A stretch of 64,000 bases of DNA. Origin: Octopus vulgaris. Taxonomy: Eukaryota. The notes below the pieces were generated by a model. It searched no databases, was not told the DNA's origin, and worked only from the letters and a program-made list of their open reading frames with translations. A program made the translations under genes and the position numbers. Shown here in pieces: positions 23,733 through 37,070 of the stretch. Location: assembly GCA_951406725.2 (NCBI GenBank), contig OX597826.1, positions 17,546,001 through 17,610,000 of the forward strand. The letters run 5' to 3'. The first letter of the stretch is position 1; each line of letters opens with the position of its first letter.

Positions 23733-24818
23733 AACAGAGCAAGCATAAAATTTAATTAAGTTAATGCAAAACAAATTAAATAAAATTAATCAAGTTAAAT
23801 TGAATTAAATCAAACTATTAATTAAAAAAAAATTAATAGTGTAGCGGGACCTGTGAATGTTTCATGGATTTAATGGTAAACCTATCGGGTCATTTCTGAA
23901 AATTTTATCCAAAAAACCCCAAAGCGTAACCTATGTTGTGTTTGTATCAAAAGACAGTTGCTCATCTGGCACTCATTGAGAAGTAAAGGAAATTGGAAAA
24001 TGATGATTATTTGATTCACTTTATATACTTTATGCACAATTTTTTAATACACAGCACTCGTAAAATAAATATTCACTCTTATTTTTCCATTATCCACATA
24101 AGTAAAAAAAAAAAAATTACATTTTAAAATTTACATTGTCACAATTTCATACTTAGAAAACAAAAAATTTACAATAAGAAAAATTATTTTAGATGTAAAA
24201 TATAAGGATCACAATTTCATGGGAGTAAAAATTTAATGCAGCATGGCATAGTCTGAAAACCACATCGTTGGTAAAATATTAGCCAAGATAATAAGTCAGA
24301 GCCAATACATATTTCAATTTGTGTACACGTTTTAATTCACCACCACCACCACCACCACTACCATCACCACCATCATCATCATCATCATCATCATCCCCAT
24401 CATCTCTCTCTCTCTCTCTCTGTGCCTTTCTTTAACCTCACCATCAGAACATCACCCCACTGCTAAAGTTATACGCCTAACTCTCTTCCTCTATATCACT
24501 ACCTTCAACTAACATTTTTAACCACATGGTAAATATTGCATTCCCACTGCCTCACATCATGGACAGTTCTCCCTCCCTATTTTTCTCTCTCCTCTCTTTC
24601 TTTCTCCTTCTTTTACTCTCTCCATCTTTTTATTCTTTCCCCAATTACTTCTTCTGATACATTCTAAATTATAGTAGACTTGACAAGGTATGCATTACTT
24701 TCTAAACTCATTCTGCCAGAAACAATGCAACAGAAACAATGCAAATATTTTGAGTTCCATTATTGATGGGAATATGTTAAAGTTGTGGTTTTATCCTGTA
24801 TGTTTGAGGTCTGTGTGG

Positions 24819-24901
24819 TCATCTGAAGAGAACAGTTTCTTTCAAATGATGTAATGTCTTAATTAATCAATTAAAGGAGTCACTTGAAACAGCTGTAATG
24901 A
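24819..24901 (+). ncRNA. Type I hammerhead ribozyme motif, PLE-type (probably decayed)
   Basis: tcat-CTGAAGA-(long, poorly paired stem II)-GAAA-cagctg-TA-atga: both core boxes, palindromic stem III, GUA cleavage triplet, stem I tcat/atga. Confidence 0.55.
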
Positions 24902-25204
24902 ATTAACACCTGTACATCTTCATTACTCATTTATATTTTAATCACCTACCTTGAAATCTGCACTTCGGAAATACTAAAGGAAGTATCTTTATATAAAGTA
25001 CATGTCTGAACTACCAAGCATAGATCTCTTCATTCAGCTGGGTTGCATGGTCTGCACACACAGCAGGAATATCAAGTGCAAACACTCCTGCACAGAGTTA
25101 CAATATCCAATATGCAATTAATATTGTTTGTGTGTGTGGATTATACCAACCTAACAAGGTGTCTCAATTTAAGTACCCAATTCAATGGAATCTTAATTAT
25201 ATAA

Positions 25205-25237
<33 letters not shown>

Positions 25238-25288
25238 TGTATGCATGTATGTATGTTTGTATATGTATGTATATATATATATATATGT

Positions 25289-25690
25289 ATCATCATCATC
25301 ATCGTCGTTTAACGTCCGTTTTCCATGCTAGCATGGGTTGGACGGTTTGACTGTGGGCTGGCGAACCAGATGGCTGCCCCAGGCTCCAGTCTTGATCTGG
25401 CAGAGTTTCTACATCTGGATGCCCTTCCTAACGCCAACCACTCTGAGAGTGTAGTGGATGCTTTTACATGCCACCGGCACGGGGGCCAGCCAGGCGGTAC
25501 TGGCAACGACGTTGCCCAAATTTTTTCTCTTTTTACACATGCCAACGGCACAAGTGCCAGTAAGGCGATGCTGGTAACGATCCCGCTCGAATGGTGCCTC
25601 CACCATGCCACCGGCACGGAAGCCAGTTAGCCACTCTGGCAACGATCACGCTCAGATAGTGCTCTTAGCACCCTACTAGCACGGGGCACA
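25289..25690 (-). mobile_element. RTE family B 3'UTR with tandem ~65-bp subunits
   Basis: (ATC)n tail, conserved terminus, then 3-4 subunits also seen at 37220-37490 and 52770-53085. Confidence 0.85.
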
Positions 25691-25712
25691 CCCACACACA
25701 CACCCACACACA

Positions 25713-26125
25713 CACTGTGATCAAAAGTATCCAGAAGCCCACCTCATAATGAAGTAAAAGTTTAGACCCCCCTCTATCAGAGTAACACTGACATTCAATA
25801 TGGTGTTGGCCAACTCTTAGCCTTGATGACAGCCTCCACTCTTGCGGGTATACTTTCAGTCAAGTGGCAGAAGGTTTCCTGGGGAATGGAAGCCCTTTCT
25901 TTGTGGAGGGCCAAAATGAACAAGAATAGCAATGTGGGTTGGTGTGGTCTAGCACGAAGTCAGCATTCCAAAATATCTGAGATGTTTGATGGGGTTTAAA
26001 GCAGAGATCTGCACAGGCCAGTCCATTAGTGGTTTTTTTCTTAAATGGTTTATAAACACTTTCCACGCTGCAATTGTTTTCGTTCCAGCACACGATCTCA
26101 GATCAGGTCACTTGATATGCAAGTA
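25713..26125 (-). mobile_element. Tc1-like transposon 3' end (transposase C-terminus plus TIR)
   Basis: Minus strand reads DWPVQISALNPI and IPQETFCHLTESIPARVEAVIKAKSWPTPY; terminus cactgtgatcaaaagtatcc. Confidence 0.82.
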
Positions 26126-26188
26126 CATCTCCGTAATACATATAAGTATGTATGTATACCCACACAGACACATATACATATGTGTGTT

Positions 26189-26191
<3 letters not shown>

Positions 26192-26260
<69 letters not shown>
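26192..26260. repeat. (AG)n microsatellite
   Basis: Directly visible. Confidence 0.97.
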
Positions 26261-26263
<3 letters not shown>

Positions 26264-26690
26264 CGCATATATTCATGATACTGACTTAATATATCCCTGC
26301 GACATACAAGGAATAAATATGTGAACGGGCTTTTCTCCCAAATAAAAGCGTTATCATTAAAGGGAGGTCACTCTGTTTTCTAAGTTGTTTCCCTTGAAAG
26401 CTTCTTTTTCTTTTGAATCTGACACTAAATTTGATTAAGTAGTTTAAGAACGTTCCAGCCAGGACCATCGTGCCCTTTAATTACCCAAAATGTCATTGTT
26501 CAGTGTATCCTTTCTTTTCTAAGGTTGTCACCTGGGATAGATTTTGCTGTAGTTTAAGTCCTTCGCAGGCTTGATAGTATTTTATTGTCATTTCAAACAA
26601 ACGAGAGCCTTACGGTGGTCTTTTACCCTGCTAGAATCAACTGTCAAATCTCCTTTAAACCTTATCCTTACTGCATAATAAAAGGAAGGT

Positions 26691-26819
26691 GGCGAAAGTA
26701 AAGAATATGCACACCATCCGTTTTCGGCGTTTAGGGTTAGGGTTAGGTTTAGGGTTACGGAAACGGTTAGGATTAAGGCTACGTCGAAAACGGTAGTGTG
26801 CGTATTCTTTACCTCCGCC
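26691..26819. mobile_element. 129-bp MITE-like element with ~40-bp TIRs enclosing TTAGGG-like repeats
   Basis: Left ggcgaaagtaaagaatatgcacaccatccgttttcggcgt is nearly the reverse complement of right acgtcgaaaacggtagtgtgcgtattctttacctccgcc; core ttagggttagggttaggtttaggg. Confidence 0.8.
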
Positions 26820-27118
26820 GGAAAGGTCATACTGGATAATGTAATCCTAGATTGTCTGTATCTACACAGAAAATGGAATGTTCCCAGGCGGAACCCGTTC
26901 GCTTGATCAGGGCTGACCTGAGGCTAAGCAATAATTTAATCTATTCTGAGGAGAACAGCAGGAGGACACTGTGAATATATAGCTGGCAAGGTCTGAGTGC
27001 ACGTTCTCCTAGGTATCTGACCTACTCTAAAATCATTCACACTGTGGCTCTGTTAAACCAATTTTATCCCTGCAAGACTAATTTTTCATTTTTTTTTTAA
27101 TCTTTTTCTTATCCCTGA

Positions 27119-27285
27119 CATCATCATCATCAACATTTAACGCTGTTTTCCACACTGGTATGGATTGGATGGTTTGACAGAAACCAGCAAGGCAAGGGGC
27201 CACTGGCTTTCACAGTCTATTTTGGATGCCCTTCCTAACACCAACCACTCCACAGAGTGTACTGGGTGCTTTTTACATGGCAGCA
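27119..27285 (-). mobile_element. RTE family B 3' terminus, diverged
   Basis: (ATC)n plus ggatgcccttcctaacaccaaccac. Confidence 0.7.
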
Positions 27286-27827
27286 GCATACACCAATAAT
27301 ATTTTACAAGTGTCAAAAATAACCAGTAAACTGTCAACTTATTACATTATTAAATTCAGTAAATTGTATTTCATTTGGATATTTGGTCTTGCAGTTTGTG
27401 GCCATCAAGCATGGTTGCATGGCTAAAATATATCACTACACTACTATTTTGTTTTAGGTTCAAAAGCATTGTGCAGCATCTTGGCCTGTATGTAGACTCA
27501 GAGGAACTGAAGTCTTGTATATTAAATTTGGTAGATGGAAACTAAATAGAAAGCTCACTGAGTTTTAAACTTAATATAGCATCAAACTCCACCTGTCTAA
27601 CACCTGTGGACATGTTTACAAATATAGTATCATGTTTAGCATCCACCACTTGGCAATTGTCATCAGAGGATAACTTACTTTTCCACCAGACTTAGAGGTT
27701 CTAAAAAGATCAAAGATACTACTCTTCTTCCTCAGGTTAACTCATTATGAAAGAAGAAAATGAAATAAACATACATGAGATTCTTATTTGAAAACTATTT
27801 GACTGAACTCTATGCTTGAAACTTAAT

Positions 27828-30725
27828 ATATAATAATGAAATTATTGTATACAGTGCTCAGGTGCACCACAACTTGTCAAAAGTGCATATAAAGCATATG
27901 CAGTAATGTACAAATGTCTGGGAAGTGAACAGTGTATGAGTCAGATACATGCTTGCGTGTGTATGGAGGGGAGAAAATCAGGTGTGGTGTTGGCGAATCT
28001 CAGGAAGCATGGAAGTTTTGAAGGATGCAGTGCTCCAACAACTAACAACTGATGCCAGCAGTTTGTTCCATGCTTCAGCAACTCTTAGCGTGAAAAAATG
28101 TTTCCGAAAGTCATGGGAGCCATGCTGTTTTCTGACTTTGTAAACATGTCCACAGGTGTTAGACAGGTGGAGTTTGAAAAGGTGCTCAGAGTTATTGTTA
28201 GTAAGATGGTTAATAATTTTATGGGTGTCTGCCTAGTCAGCTGCCAGACGTCGGAGTTTCAATGTGTCCATGCCCAGGGAAGTAAGACGTTCAGAATATG
28301 GCAAATGCCTGATGGAGGGTATTCTCTTGGTTGAACGTCGCTGGACAGCTTCCAGACGATTAATATCCTAGGCAAGATAGGGGTTCCAGACCGGTGATGC
28401 AAATTTCAGGTGAGGCCGCACCATAGCTATAGTTAGATAGCCAGAGAGCGGCTCACAAAGGACTTGGTAAATGATGCCAAGACACCCTCAGCCTTCTTGG
28501 TAATTTTAGCAATGTGTTTGGCCAACGCAAATTGCTGTGGATAATAATGCCCAGGTAACGTTCACACGAAGACTTTTTGGGATTAGTGTTGTGGATGGAG
28601 TAAGTAGACGCTGGGTTTTTCCTCCCAAAATGCATGGTGGTACATTTGTCCACAGCCAGCTTGAGTTGCCAGTCCATGATCCACTGCTGCATTGTGTCCA
28701 GGTCTGATTGCAATAGAGATCTATAGTGTACAGGATCTGACCTCTTTATTTCGAGGTACAGCTTGATGTCATCTTCATATTTCAGCACTGTGGCATTCTT
28801 TAAGTTGGCATCTATGTCATTAACATATGCAACAAATAAAAGGGGGCCAAGAACAGATCCCTGTAGTACACCTGATGTCATCTCATAGGGTGAAGAGTGC
28901 TGTCCTAGAACTGTGACAACCTCTTTTCGGCCGATAATGAAGGACTTCAACCAGTTATAGAGATCATCTTTTACACCCATTGCAGAGAGTTTCACCATAA
29001 GTCTTTTGTGTGGCACAGAATTAAAAGCCTTAGCAAAGTCCAGGTAAACAACATCCACCCAGGAGCCACCATCAGTGATTCGGGTAATGTCCTCAAGAAA
29101 CTCGATGAGTTGATTACAGCAGCTGGAGTTAGGAATAAATCCAAATTGCGACGGCTGGATGAGGCTGTGAGACTTCCAGAAGTTCCAGAGGGTTTCCCTG
29201 ACACTGGATTCCATCAGTTTGGCAATGCAGCTAGTAAGACAGACAGGGCAATAGTTGACAGGCGATGTGCAGTCACCTTTTTTGAACAGAGGAATAACAC
29301 TGGCAGTTTTCCACTGCTCTGGAGTAACACCATTGTCAAGACAGAATTGAAAGAATAATGAAAGTTGGTTTAGAAGAAAGTACCCACCGCATTTGAGAAG
29401 TAGGTATGTAACACCATTGAGACCAGGAGAGGCATAGTTATGTTTATTTTTAAGGTGGCGTTGTAGCATTGCTGGTGTAAATTTCATAGTAGTTATAGAG
29501 TCCGATGTCAGAGGTGATGGAGATGGAAGATTTTGATCTTCGACTGTAAAGACGCCTGCACAGCATCCAGCAATGATTTCTGCACATTCTTTGGGATTGT
29601 CAGTAATCTGGCCTGTGGGGGGGTGGATTGCGAAGGGGGCCAACTGGAGAGTGAGGTCTCTGTTTTGAATGTACATACTTCCTGAACACTTTGCTGTCAG
29701 GGTTGGTTGCTATGCGCTGTTCGAATTCAAGCACTGCCTTTTTTGTCACCTGCTTGAGTGGTTGGCTGATCTATTGTGCTTTTTCCTGTTGATCTCTGAT
29801 TTGTGCAATTTGTATTCCTGTTCAGCCTTACGGCATTCTTTCCTGGCAAGTCGGACTGCTGCAGTCTCCCAAATTGCACTATTGGGTGGTTTTTTGTGCT
29901 TGCGTGGTACTGATGCTGCACATGCCGCCCATATTGAATTCAGAATGTTCTGAAGTATAGTATTTTGTGCCTCCCAGAGGCATAAAATTTGAGCCAGTTT
30001 GGGCGTCGCAGCTCGGTACAATAAGAGCTCCAATCTGCTTTATTCCAGTCAAAGCAGGTAGTTTGAAGATGGTTGTGGTTTTTGTTACAACCAATCAGAG
30101 ACAAGTCGGCCATGATCATAGAATGATCAGAGTCATCTAAAGGTTCTTCAGTAGTGACACTAATAATTGTTTCAGGAGAAACGGTAAATAGCAGATCCAA
30201 AGTGTTGTTACCCCTTGTGGGGGAGGTAATGACTTGGGACCAATTTGAATTCAGCACCAGTTCAAGGAAAATGCCTGCACTTTAGGGCCAATGGAAGGCC
30301 TCCCAGTCAATCTCAGGGAAATTGAAGTCCCCCGCAATATAAACATAAGTGGCTGTTTTCATGGCAGCAGCTCTGAGGATATCAAAAAGTTGTGTGTCTT
30401 GATGATAATTTGGTGGGCGATAAACAACTCCAAGCAGAAGTGTTGACATGGTCATGTGTATATTGCAGGAAAATACTTCCTGTTGAGATTGGTTCAAATC
30501 ATCACGAGGAATTGCCGATAGATTTGAACAAACGTAGACCATCACACCCCCACCACAGTGATTAAAGCAGTCTTTGCAGAACAGGTTATGCTGAAAACCC
30601 TATTACAGAGTGCAGGATGTGCCCATGTTTCCGTGACTGTGATGAAATCTGGGTCGATACTTTTGACGTAAGAATCAAAAAGATGTACCTTGTTGCATAA
30701 ACTATGGGCATTTGAGGACAGCAGT
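27828..30725 (-). mobile_element. CR1-clade LINE, nearly complete but frameshifted ORF2 (APE endonuclease plus RT) and 3'UTR
   Basis: NAHSLCNK...VTETW, VVYRPP, GDFN, TRGNNTLDL and SDH (APE); QFGF, YLDFAKAFNSVPH, GVLQGSVLGPLLF and YEDD (RT; ORF 28453-29676); 3' end near gtggtgcacctgagcactgtatacaataatttcattatta. Confidence 0.95.
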
Positions 30726-31039
30726 TTCTATCTGGATTTCAGATGACGATGATATACAGGGGATGGCTGATTGTTCTTGTTTAGTTTCCCATGATTTTCA
30801 TATTGCCAGTTATTGTGGGTGCAGTATGCTCAGACCAACTGATATCCCTTAGCCATGACTCACCAGACTTGAAGAATTTGAAACTGAACTTATGCTTCTT
30901 AAACTCTTGCATAAAGCACAAGAGTCACAGTATTCCGTTTCTCTTCTGTTAAAGGCCTTATGCTTTTAGTTAATAAAATTAGTATAATTGGTGAAATATT
31001 TCAATGAAATTGAGCAAATTTTAAAAAAACAAGTCTGTA

Positions 31040-31160
31040 ACCCTTCAAATTTCTCCTTGGCATTGTGGAACACATTTTGAAGCCTTTCAGGAATTAGTTC
31101 CTGCACTGCCGACTGAATGTGTTCTTTAAGCTCAGCTAAATGATTGCTCCATCTTGGAGA
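31040..31160 (-). mobile_element. Tc1/mariner-superfamily transposase C-terminal fragment
   Basis: NHLAELKEHIQSAVQELIPERLQNVFHN resembles the L.ELK..I......I..E.L..V..N helix of Tc1-like transposases. Confidence 0.55.
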
Positions 31161-31834
31161 TGGAGATAAAGAAAATGATTGCTGCCAAATTGAAAAAAAG
31201 CTGTCATGGACAAATGAGAAGGGTCCAACAGGAATGAAAATAAAATTATAAACAAAATTCAAAATTTATACCCTTTTAACAACATATTAAACATGATAAA
31301 CATAAATAAAAGTGAGTTTAAGAAAAAAATGCATCCGATTTCACTCAAATCATCACCTTGTGTTTAGTTTGTCCAACTAAATGGGGGAGGGAACACAGAT
31401 GGGGGGACTAATTGCAGGTGGGGAGTGTAGCTTCCGGAAGTGGTCACAGGGTCCAACTCAAATGGCAGTCACAACAGCAGTTTGTTTTTTTGTATGAACA
31501 TTTTGCATTATATAGTTCAGACAAGGATGACATAGAAAGCAGACATGCTGCTGGGCCATGCTGCATTGCACAGGATTGGAAACGTGAAACATCAACAGGG
31601 CACTTCTGGAGAATGGATGAATGGGTTTGTGGTGCCTTTACCCAGCCACACACACAAGCACATGGCATGGTGGTGCATGGGATAACATGAAGCATCAACA
31701 GGGCGCCAACAAAAATTTTAATGTTCTCATTTCCTCTGCCAAACTGAACAAAAATATTTTTATGAAATACTATACCCTACTTATAATGCATAAGTAGTGT
31801 CAATATTTTATCATCGGAAAATAGTATAAAATAA

Positions 31835-32200
31835 ATATAAAACCCAGTGCAGTATATCTGCATTTTGTGAGGACCTGTAGTTGGCGCTGGAAATTTTTTT
31901 AGTCAACAGCAATTTGAGGATCCTGATTAATGTCTGTTGCAAATTTGGAGGAAAGTGACTGGATACTCTTCATGTTACAGGCCTTAACACTGTGAAAATG
32001 CTTGAAAAATGCAGTTTATCTGCCCCTGCACCAGCACTGGGCCAGAAGTTGAAAATGTTTTTGGCGCATGACACTCCGTAAACCTTATGTAAAGCATGTG
32101 TAAAATTTCATTAAAATCGGTTGGGTGGATCTTGAGTTATAACGACATGACAAACACACAGAGAGATACATATCTTGTGTTTTATATATATATATATAGA
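31835..32200 (-). mobile_element. Non-autonomous Helitron/Helentron-like element
   Basis: Minus strand begins tctctatatata..aaaacac with a gtttgt microsatellite and aaccgattttaatgaaatttt; tgcag-tatat-ctgca hairpin near the other end. Confidence 0.5.
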
Positions 32201-32839
32201 GAGAGAGAGATAGATATCTGTGAAATTAAAACAAACAGAGAAAGGGATTTTTTTTATAAGTGTCTCTATGTGGGGAATGTTGTAGGAATTGTTTATGCTG
32301 ATCCCTGATGGAAATCACTTTGTGGATACTTATCCTTTGTAATATTTGAAAATTACATCTGATAAATAATAGTTTAATAATAAATATATTTGACTCATTT
32401 CATAAAATAAATCTATTAAAGGATTTCATCATGAATGTTTTCTAAGCTAGAACTTAAAGCTGGTTAATGTACTAATACTAAGCCAATCCTTATAGCTCAC
32501 AATCACTATGTGTGTGTGTGGGGGGGGGGGGGGCAAGCATATAAGTCTTACTTTGAACATACCAGTTGAAAGTCCAACCTATTGTTAGTTGCCTCAACAG
32601 CAACAGCTGTTTCTGCTGTTCTTCTTTGCTTCGTTACTCCTACTTTGCCCAAAAATATTTTATGCACTTCTGTGATCCACTAAACATCAGAAATTTAAAG
32701 AGGTCCCAGTTGAAGCATTTGATGAAATGGAGGAGAGACAGACATATAACAGAGAGGACAACTGGAAGTTCCTGTGAAGCAATCTACTGAGGGACACGGG
32801 CGAAATTAGTAGTTGGGGCAAAGTTTTAACTTGAACAAA

Positions 32840-33292
32840 GGTGATAAGGTGGTGCAGCATGGAAGTAGACAAGGCCATAAAAGCAAAGAGACTGGTTTTG
32901 AAACACTGTGGAAATGGGGGCAGCAAGGAATTATATCAAGTAGCTAGAAGAGAAGCTAGGCAACTGGTTTATTTAGCCAGGGAGAAAGTAAAAAGAAAGA
33001 GGTTTACCAATGCTTTGCAGTGTGAGGATCAGAGGTGTGAGATATTCTGGAATGCAATGCAGAGTATCAGAGAAAATTGAGATGTTGTGGCTGAAAAGTG
33101 TGGATAGATGGATAATGGTATGCTTGCACTTAATGATTCTGAAAAGAAAGAGGCATGGAAATGATACTGTGAAAAGTTATTAAAATGTGAAAAATGCAAA
33201 GAAGAAAAAAAGTCTTCCAAACGTGGACCCAACAGAGGCACCAGCTATTCTTATAGACATCAGTTTAACAGACAAGCCAACTAAGGATATGA
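32840..33292 (+). mobile_element. RTE family B LINE fragment (region between APE and RT), decayed
   Basis: W.SMEVDKAIKAKR...YQVARREARQLVYLA...KSLPNVDPTEAPAILID; homologous to 33760-34110 on the other strand. Confidence 0.85.
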
Positions 33293-34120
33293 GGGCTCTC
33301 ACTAACCATTCATCTATCCCTAGTTTCCTCATTGAACACCAGATAAGGGATCAGAGGATCCTGTCAAAGGCTTTCTCCATGTCAATGAAAGCCAAGTACA
33401 GAGGTTTATCTTTAGCAAGGTATTTCTCCTGCAGCTGTCTTACCAGAAATATAGCATCAGTGGTGCTTTTCACTGGCATGAACCCAAACTGCATCCCTAA
33501 TTAGTTGGGCTATGACCCTCTCCATGACCTTCATTACCTGATCCAACAGCTTGATACCTCTGTAATTATTTGTATCTAAAGTGTCACCATTACCTTTGTA
33601 GCAGTTGACAATGGTGCTGCTACACCAGTCATTGGGTATGACTCCTTCATATATCAACAGATTAACTATACGGGTGACTAGGCTATAGCCGACACCACCA
33701 GATATTTTGAGCATCTCTGCAGTGATTCCTGATGAGCCAGGGGCTTTCCCTGTCTTCATACCCTTAATTGTTTTATCTACCAAGAATTTAATATCAATTC
33801 GGATTGCTGGTCCCTCTGTTGGGTCAACATTTGGCAGACTCTCTTTCTCCCATTCGTTCTCTTTATTTAGCAACTTTTCACAGAGGCATCTCCAAACCTC
33901 CCTCTTTGCAACCTCATTTAATGCAAATGAACCATCATCCATGCGGACACACTTCTCTCCTACAACATCACAATTCTTTCTCACACACTAGTTTGCAACA
34001 CGAAATACTTCAAGTCTTTGGTCCTCACAGCACAGAACATTGGCAAATATTTTCTTATTTGCTTCCCCTCTGACTAAATAGCCTGTCCCCTAGCTTCCCT
34101 TCTGGCAGTCTGATACCATT
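33293..34120 (-). mobile_element. RTE family B LINE fragment including the RT N-terminus
   Basis: MKTGKAPGSSGI.AEMLK, IPNDW, YKGNGD, NYRGIKLL, YLAFIDMEKAFDR. Confidence 0.92.
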
Positions 34121-35214
34121 CCCAGATAACTGAATTAATCTTAGTGCAGAGATACACATAGTTCATCTCCCAAACTGTACTGTCAATTTCCTCTCTTCTT
34201 GGAGCCACCATGGTATCTACCTCACATTCTCAATATCAACCCATACCACTATTGAACACCATCATTGACCACCCATCATATTTGTTTGCCACTCTTTCTC
34301 TACTCCGACATCCTTCTGATCTCTGCCTTTATTACCGTACATCCTCCAGCTACCCCCACACTTCATATCATCTCCCTATTTCACATCTTTAGAGTTTAAT
34401 ACAATGCTACTCACCCCTACTCCCCTTTTTTGTTCTGCCACTTATCCTATCACTTCCCCCTATCAAACTGATATTCACCACTGACCATGCCACCCACCTC
34501 TGTTTACTATTTGCTGCATGAGCCATATCCCTACATTCCCTGTCTCTAACTCTCTGCTGCTCACCTCACATTCTTGCAGACTTATCTGATCCTTTGTCCC
34601 TGTCCTTCTCTACTATTTCTCTGCACCAATTCCCCAAACATTCACCCTCTTGCATTGTGAGGGTACGACCTGACATTTCAAAATCACCATCTCCTTTTTC
34701 CCATCTGGGGTAGCTTTATGTCTCCTCTACAGCATGACCCCCTCTATCATAACACTTGTGTCTCAACACCTGGCATAAGCTATGGCTCTCAATACTACAC
34801 CCTCTCAATCAAGTCTTGTTAACAACTTGGCAACCTCACAAGAGCTAGTAACCCCCCATCCCCCCAAAAAGTACCCAGTACAATGTATGAAGGGATTGAC
34901 TGGTATTGGGAAGGGCATCCAACTGTAGAAACCCTGCCAAAACAGACTTGGAGCTCAACACAGTGCTTTGACCAGTCAGATATTGTCAAATTGTTCACCC
35001 CATGCAAGCACGGAATATGGAGTCTAAGTAATGACAGACAACAGTGGTAGCAGCAGCAGGGGTGGCAACAGTAGTGATGATGACAATGATGATGATGATA
35101 ATGGCAGAAGAGGAAGAGGTAAGGAAGGAAGAGGAGGAAGAAGAGTAGGGAATTAAAATAATACTGTAATTATTATTTAAATGATGAAATCTTATACATA
35201 AAAAAAAAACGCAG

Positions 35215-35399
35215 TTGTTGCCAGTACCACCTGACCGGCACGTAAAAGCACCTACACTCTCGGAGTGGTTGGCGTTAGGAAGGGCAGCCAGCTGTAGAAA
35301 CTCTGCCAGATCAAGATTGGAGCCTGGTGCAGCCATCTGGTTCACCAGTCCTCAGTCAAATCGTCCAACCCATGCCAGCATGGAAAGCGGATGTTAAAC

Positions 35400-35443
<44 letters not shown>
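35215..35443 (+). mobile_element. RTE family B 3' terminus with long (GAT)n tail
   Basis: Conserved terminus followed by about 14 GAT units. Confidence 0.88.
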
Positions 35444-35444
<1 letters not shown>

Positions 35445-35837
35445 ATGCAAATACATACAGGCACACACACACAGATATATCATGCATACAACACATATAC
35501 AGACTCATACACATCGCTTCATCAATTCCATCAGATTTGTAAAACATTACAAACAAAAAGAATTTGTCCTGCTACTATTACTACCACACCACCACTACCC
35601 CTACTGCTACTACACTTACATAACTTCCACCCCCATCATTACAGTCACTATCACTAGTACTATCATCACCACTACAGTCTCTGTCCCCAATACTATTAAC
35701 ATGACTTCACATACACCACTGTTACCATCAACACCACTACACATACATTATTACTGATATCACAACATTACTACCATCAACACTGCTACATATGCACTAC
35801 CACCACCACCACCACCACCACCACTATAATCCTTACT

Positions 35838-36056
35838 ACCTATTTCTTTACTACCCACAAGGGGATAAACACAGAGGGGACGAACAAGGACAGACAAACG
35901 GATTAAGTCGAGTATATCGACCCCAGTGCGTAACTGGTACTTATCTATTTGACCCCGAAAGGATGAAAGGCAAAGTCGACCTCGGCGGAACTTGAACTCA
36001 GAACATAACAGCAGACGAAATACGGCTACGCATTTCGCCCAGCGTGCTAACGTTTC
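35838..36056 (-). mobile_element. SINE family C, young copy
   Basis: CpG-rich; reverse complement contains gaggtcgactttgcctttcatcctttcggggtc. Confidence 0.85.
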
Positions 36057-36765
36057 TGTTACTACCATCAACACCATCGCCATCACAATATCATGCATAT
36101 TTCTCCCATTGCAACAGTACCAACATCAACACCACCACCACCAATCAAAGCTATCGTCACATCACAATCAAAACACTACAAATAAGAGACAAGAGACCTC
36201 TATGTGGCAACCAAATCCATAAGAAATAGCAGCCAAATTTTTATTACATTGCACATTATCATCTTGAACAAAGAAAGATACAATAGACAATGTAGTTCCT
36301 AGCAGACAACAAAATGATGAGATGGTCATAACCTTTGACCCGAAACTACAAGTAATCAAGGCTGGACAACAAAGACCGAGACCTAAACAACAGGTAACAG
36401 TATTATACATACTAACACCACTATTATCTTCAGACTACTATAACTACTATTACTGGCCATACAATGCTACCCACCACCAGCACTGCTATGACCCCATCAC
36501 CAACTCATTCATACCAAAATGTTTAAACCATCACCACCACCACCTCCACCATCTCTCCCACCATGTTATTCCCGCCGCCACTTCACTTCATGCATGCTTC
36601 ATCAAAACTACAATTTCCATCTAATTAACTAATTATTGTATTGTTGTTGAGAAATTAGATCTAATCAATGTGTGTGTGTATATATTTGTGAGGGTGAGTA
36701 TTTGTGTAAGTATATATGAGTGGGTACTTGTGTGTGTGTTTAAGCATGTGAACAAGTACTTGTGA

Positions 36766-36817
<52 letters not shown>

Positions 36818-37025
36818 AAAGGAGAGAGGGGGCAGAGAAAGAGGTTTGGGGTCAGAGTTGCAAAGAGTGCAGTTTCTTGTGTCATTGTATATTTATTGAT
36901 GTGATATGTTGTGTTGTCTTCCTTGATGATGGAGATGAATTATCGCTTCTCATGCATGAGTGGCATAATTAATAATCAATAGGTAACACACATATACACA
37001 TGCCCATGTCTATATATATATATAT

Positions 37026-37026
<1 letters not shown>

Positions 37027-37070
<44 letters not shown>

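Noticed and set aside
26731-26780. TTAGGG repeats as a telomere or chromosome fusion site
   Set aside because: Only a few degenerate units, enclosed by TIRs; treated as MITE cargo.
28453-29676. 407-aa RT ORF as an active or domesticated gene, or a retron-like system
   Set aside because: Part of a frameshifted CR1 ORF2 with YADD changed to YEDD; ordinary LINE decay.
30860-30950. Possible minus-strand exon (ttaacag|...|gtgagt)
   Set aside because: Weak pyrimidine tract, no partner exons found, and it lies directly upstream of the CR1 ORF2, so it may be element sequence.
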